NCBI GenBank assembly: GCA_054661495.1 | Contig: BAAFSQ010000398.1 | Location: forward strand, 1 to 7,838 | From: Zygophlyctis sp. KS116 | Lineage: Eukaryota > Fungi > Chytridiomycota | Length of the DNA: 7,838 nucleotides | Direction: 5' to 3' | Shown: positions 5,437-7,838 of the stretch, piece by piece | How the letters are laid out: each line of letters starts with the position of its first letter | Numbering within the stretch: position 1 is the first letter of the stretch | Position numbers and translations under genes: made by a program | The notes under the pieces: generated by a model | The model's database searches: none | Seen by the model: the letters and a program-made list of their open reading frames with translations, nothing else | What the model was told of the DNA's origin: nothing

Positions 5437-7838
5437 ATGTCAAAAAGAATAAAAATGTCAAGTACAGAAGAATCAATGATTTGGTTTCATCTCTTTGACT
5501 ATGAGACTGGTCTTCCATACAAGGGGACTACAGCTACCAAGGTGTCGGTTCCCATTGGTTCTGATATTGACCAGTTTAGAGATGCTGTCAAAGTCAAGTG
5601 TAGTAATAAACTCTCTTCTATTGATGCTGATGATCTCTTGGTATTTCAGAACAAGCAATCATTTGATAAGAGAGATGATGATGTAGAAAAGGTAATTTAT
5701 TAGAATCTTATCTCAGGGAGTTCCATTTGATGAAGAATCTCCTGTGGATGATCTTGGAAAGTCAAAAAGGAATGCTCTGATTGTTGCTGTTCCTTCTCCT
5801 GATAAGAAAGAACTTGACAGTATGAATTTTACTCTGATGTTTTAGTTTCTCACGTTAAACTCCCCTATCCTCTGATCTGGTTTCATCTCTATGACTACAA
5901 GACTAGTCTTCCATACAAGGGAGCTACTGCTGATTGTGTTTCTATTCCTTCTTCTTTTTTCATTGCTCAGTTTAGAGATGCTGTCAAAGTCAAGTGTAGT
6001 AATACACTCTCTTCTATTGATGCTAATAAACTCTTGGTCTTTCAGAACAAGCACTCATTTGATAAGAGAGATGCTGCTGTAGAAAAGGTAATTTATTAGA
6101 ATCTGATCACAGGGAGTTCCACTTGATGAAGAATCTCCTGTGGATGATCTTGGAAAGTCAAAAAGGAATGCTCTGATTGTTGCTGTTCCTTCTCCTGATA
6201 AGAAAGAACTTGACAGTATGAATTTTACTCTGACGTTTTAGTTTCTCTCGTTAGAAGCCCTGAGATTGATTCCATTTACGATAAATACATAAAGCTTGGA
6301 AATGAACTGAAAGATTCTGAAATGATCAAAAAACTGCTTTGTAGAATCAACTCTTTGGATGAACAAGGAACAATGTTGAGTGCATCACGATCTGACAAGG
6401 CGCTTCCTTTTATATTTCTTGACGGATCATCAGGGATGGGAAAGACTCAAACAGCTTTTACATTGATGTGTAGAGATGATTTGAAAGTGCATTATTTGGT
6501 TTGTACAGTGCCAAAAAGTGATGATACAGAGTCGCAAGATATATACAATAGATACAAGAATATATCAAGTCGTTTTCTTGATTGCATTGATATCGATTCT
6601 CAAAGTAAACAGAATTATGATTTGCATCCTAGTGAAGCATGTGGATTTGTGGTAGCTCTGATCACTGGAAGAGATAAATTGATACCAATGACTCTTCCGG
6701 AAGGCTCTGCCAAGATTTCTTCTTATTTACAAAAAGAAGAGAATAGATCTAAAAAGAATGTTGTATTTCTAGATGAATTCCCCCCTGTGCTTAACAATAC
6801 AGATCATCTACGCTGGATGCGAAATTTATTTAGAAGACTACATCTGGTTACTATCTGCAGCTCTACTAGTAGCTCTGTAGCTAATCTGATACGTTCGTCT
6901 GCTAATTCAAGGGATTCACATATACCTACTGACTGGTGCTATATTTATCCTAGATTCCCAAAAGTTTTGCCTTTGAGCAATAACTCATTTTCTGACTTTG
7001 GGAGATATCTTTTCAATAACAGTAGGCCTCTTTTTTCTGCAATGTTTGAAGAAAAATTACTGGATAATCCTCAGTTGGACATTTCTCAAGTTTTGGGCCT
7101 TGTAGGAGCTGATATTCATGGATTGAAAAGTAAATTCGAAGTCTCTTTTGCACATGGACAAATCTGCTTGTTGTTTGCAATCAATCACATAAAATATGCC
7201 AAGGAAGAAAACAAAAATGATTCGTCGGGTGTATTTAGCAATTCACATTTTGCAAATTTAGTGGAAGAGGATGAGTTTATTTTGCAGCTTAGATCATCGA
7301 ATATTTACAGAAAAAAGGGAGGACAGCAATGGTTGCCGGATCTCTCGTTTCCTTCTCCAAAGGACGATATTCTGTTGTTTTTGTGTCTTTTGGGAAATAA
7401 GGGATATCATCCTATTTGCAAATCTGGATCCTTGGAAAGAGTGCCCTTCCGGAACAGTTTAAATTTCATAAAAAGGCTTGGAAAGTTACAGCGGGGGACA
7501 CTGGATTTACGATATGAAAATCCCGACGTTCCCCACAACACTGGTCTTGAGTTGGAAGCCATGTCAACGGCTATAGTGTCTTTATGCAGTCATTATGAAG
7601 GATTAAAAGGCATTGGATTTGGAAAGTTTGTATCTCATGTACTTTACGAATTGGAATTATTAAAATCTTCAGAAACTGTGTCATGCAAAGTTAAAGGATA
7701 TCAGCCTTTTAGTAAAATTGTTATTCCATTCTTATCTGCACCATCTGTTCCATGGCCAAAGGAACTCTCATCTTTTGAAGAGTACAAGTTTTGCAATCTA
7801 AGGCGCACTCTGAACAAGGAAAGAATTGATTTTAAAAC
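5437..7838 (+). CDS. Crinkler (CRN)-type protein, 3'-partial (>766 aa): two ubiquitin-like header domains, P-loop NTPase, probable start of a REase-fold domain
   Basis: Exons 5437-5691, 5717-5819, 5846-6087, 6113-6215, 6242->7838; introns 5692-5716 (25), 5820-5845 (26), 6088-6112 (25), 6216-6241 (26). Header motif WFHL.D..T..PYKG...QFRDAVK.K.SN.LSSIDA..LLVFQNK...LGKSKRNALIVAVP (equivalents of CRN LxLFLAK and HVLVxxP). Last exon is stop-free to the window end with Walker A FIFLDGSSGMGKT (GxxGxGKT at 6424-6447), Walker B VVFLDE (6760-6777), then LRWMRNLFR, SRPLF, HFA, WLP..FP...DILL, IPFL..P...WP, and NLRRTLNKERIDF. Confidence 0.88.
5477..6255 (+). repeat. Intragenic tandem duplication, period 396 nt (5477-5859 and 5873-6255), each copy one header domain plus two introns
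   Basis: Ungapped alignment at offset 396; exon 5717-5819 vs 6113-6215 differs at 1 of 103 nt; intron pairs differ at 2 of 25 and 1 of 26 nt. Confidence 0.97.

Noticed and set aside
5477-6255. Diversity-generating retroelement (template/variable repeat pair)
   Set aside because: Mismatches are not confined to adenines of one copy, both copies are coding and retain introns, and no reverse transcriptase is in the window.
576-7462. ORF-track entries 576-812, 836-1108, 3482-3727, 4985-5194, 5191-5388, 5205-5429, 5473-5658, 5495-5686, 5842-6054, 5891-6082, 7271-7462
   Set aside because: Antisense or off-frame shadows of better-supported genes, or short ORFs over promoter DNA, many with non-ATG starts and no recognisable motifs.
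6242-7838. Intronless NTPase exon as proof of horizontal or retro-origin
   Set aside because: XPB also has a 1237-nt exon, so exon length alone is not diagnostic.

Overview
AT-rich, very gene-dense eukaryotic nuclear DNA, most likely from an early-diverging (chytrid-like) fungus; the taxon is inferred from fungal-type protein sequences. The ORF track is fragmented because genes are split by ultra-short GTA...AG introns; I can place 13, all 25-33 nt. Spliced by hand, the window holds six genes: an orphan 151-aa ORF (-), a secreted Cys-rich protein with a CBM19-like module (-), a 41-aa single-pass membrane microprotein (+), a somewhat divergent TFIIH helicase XPB/Ssl2 (+), ribosomal protein eL19 (-), and a Crinkler (CRN)-type gene (+) that runs off the right end and is largely missing from the ORF track. 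The CRN-type gene is the most interesting. It has no signal peptide and carries two tandem ubiquitin-like header domains (396-nt duplication including both introns) ahead of a P-loop NTPase and probably a restriction-endonuclease-fold domain. The two headers are nearly identical except for one 48-nt patch that differs at 23 positions, suggesting cassette-like exchange between paralogs. All splice models and family assignments come from manual reading and motif recall, not database searches.
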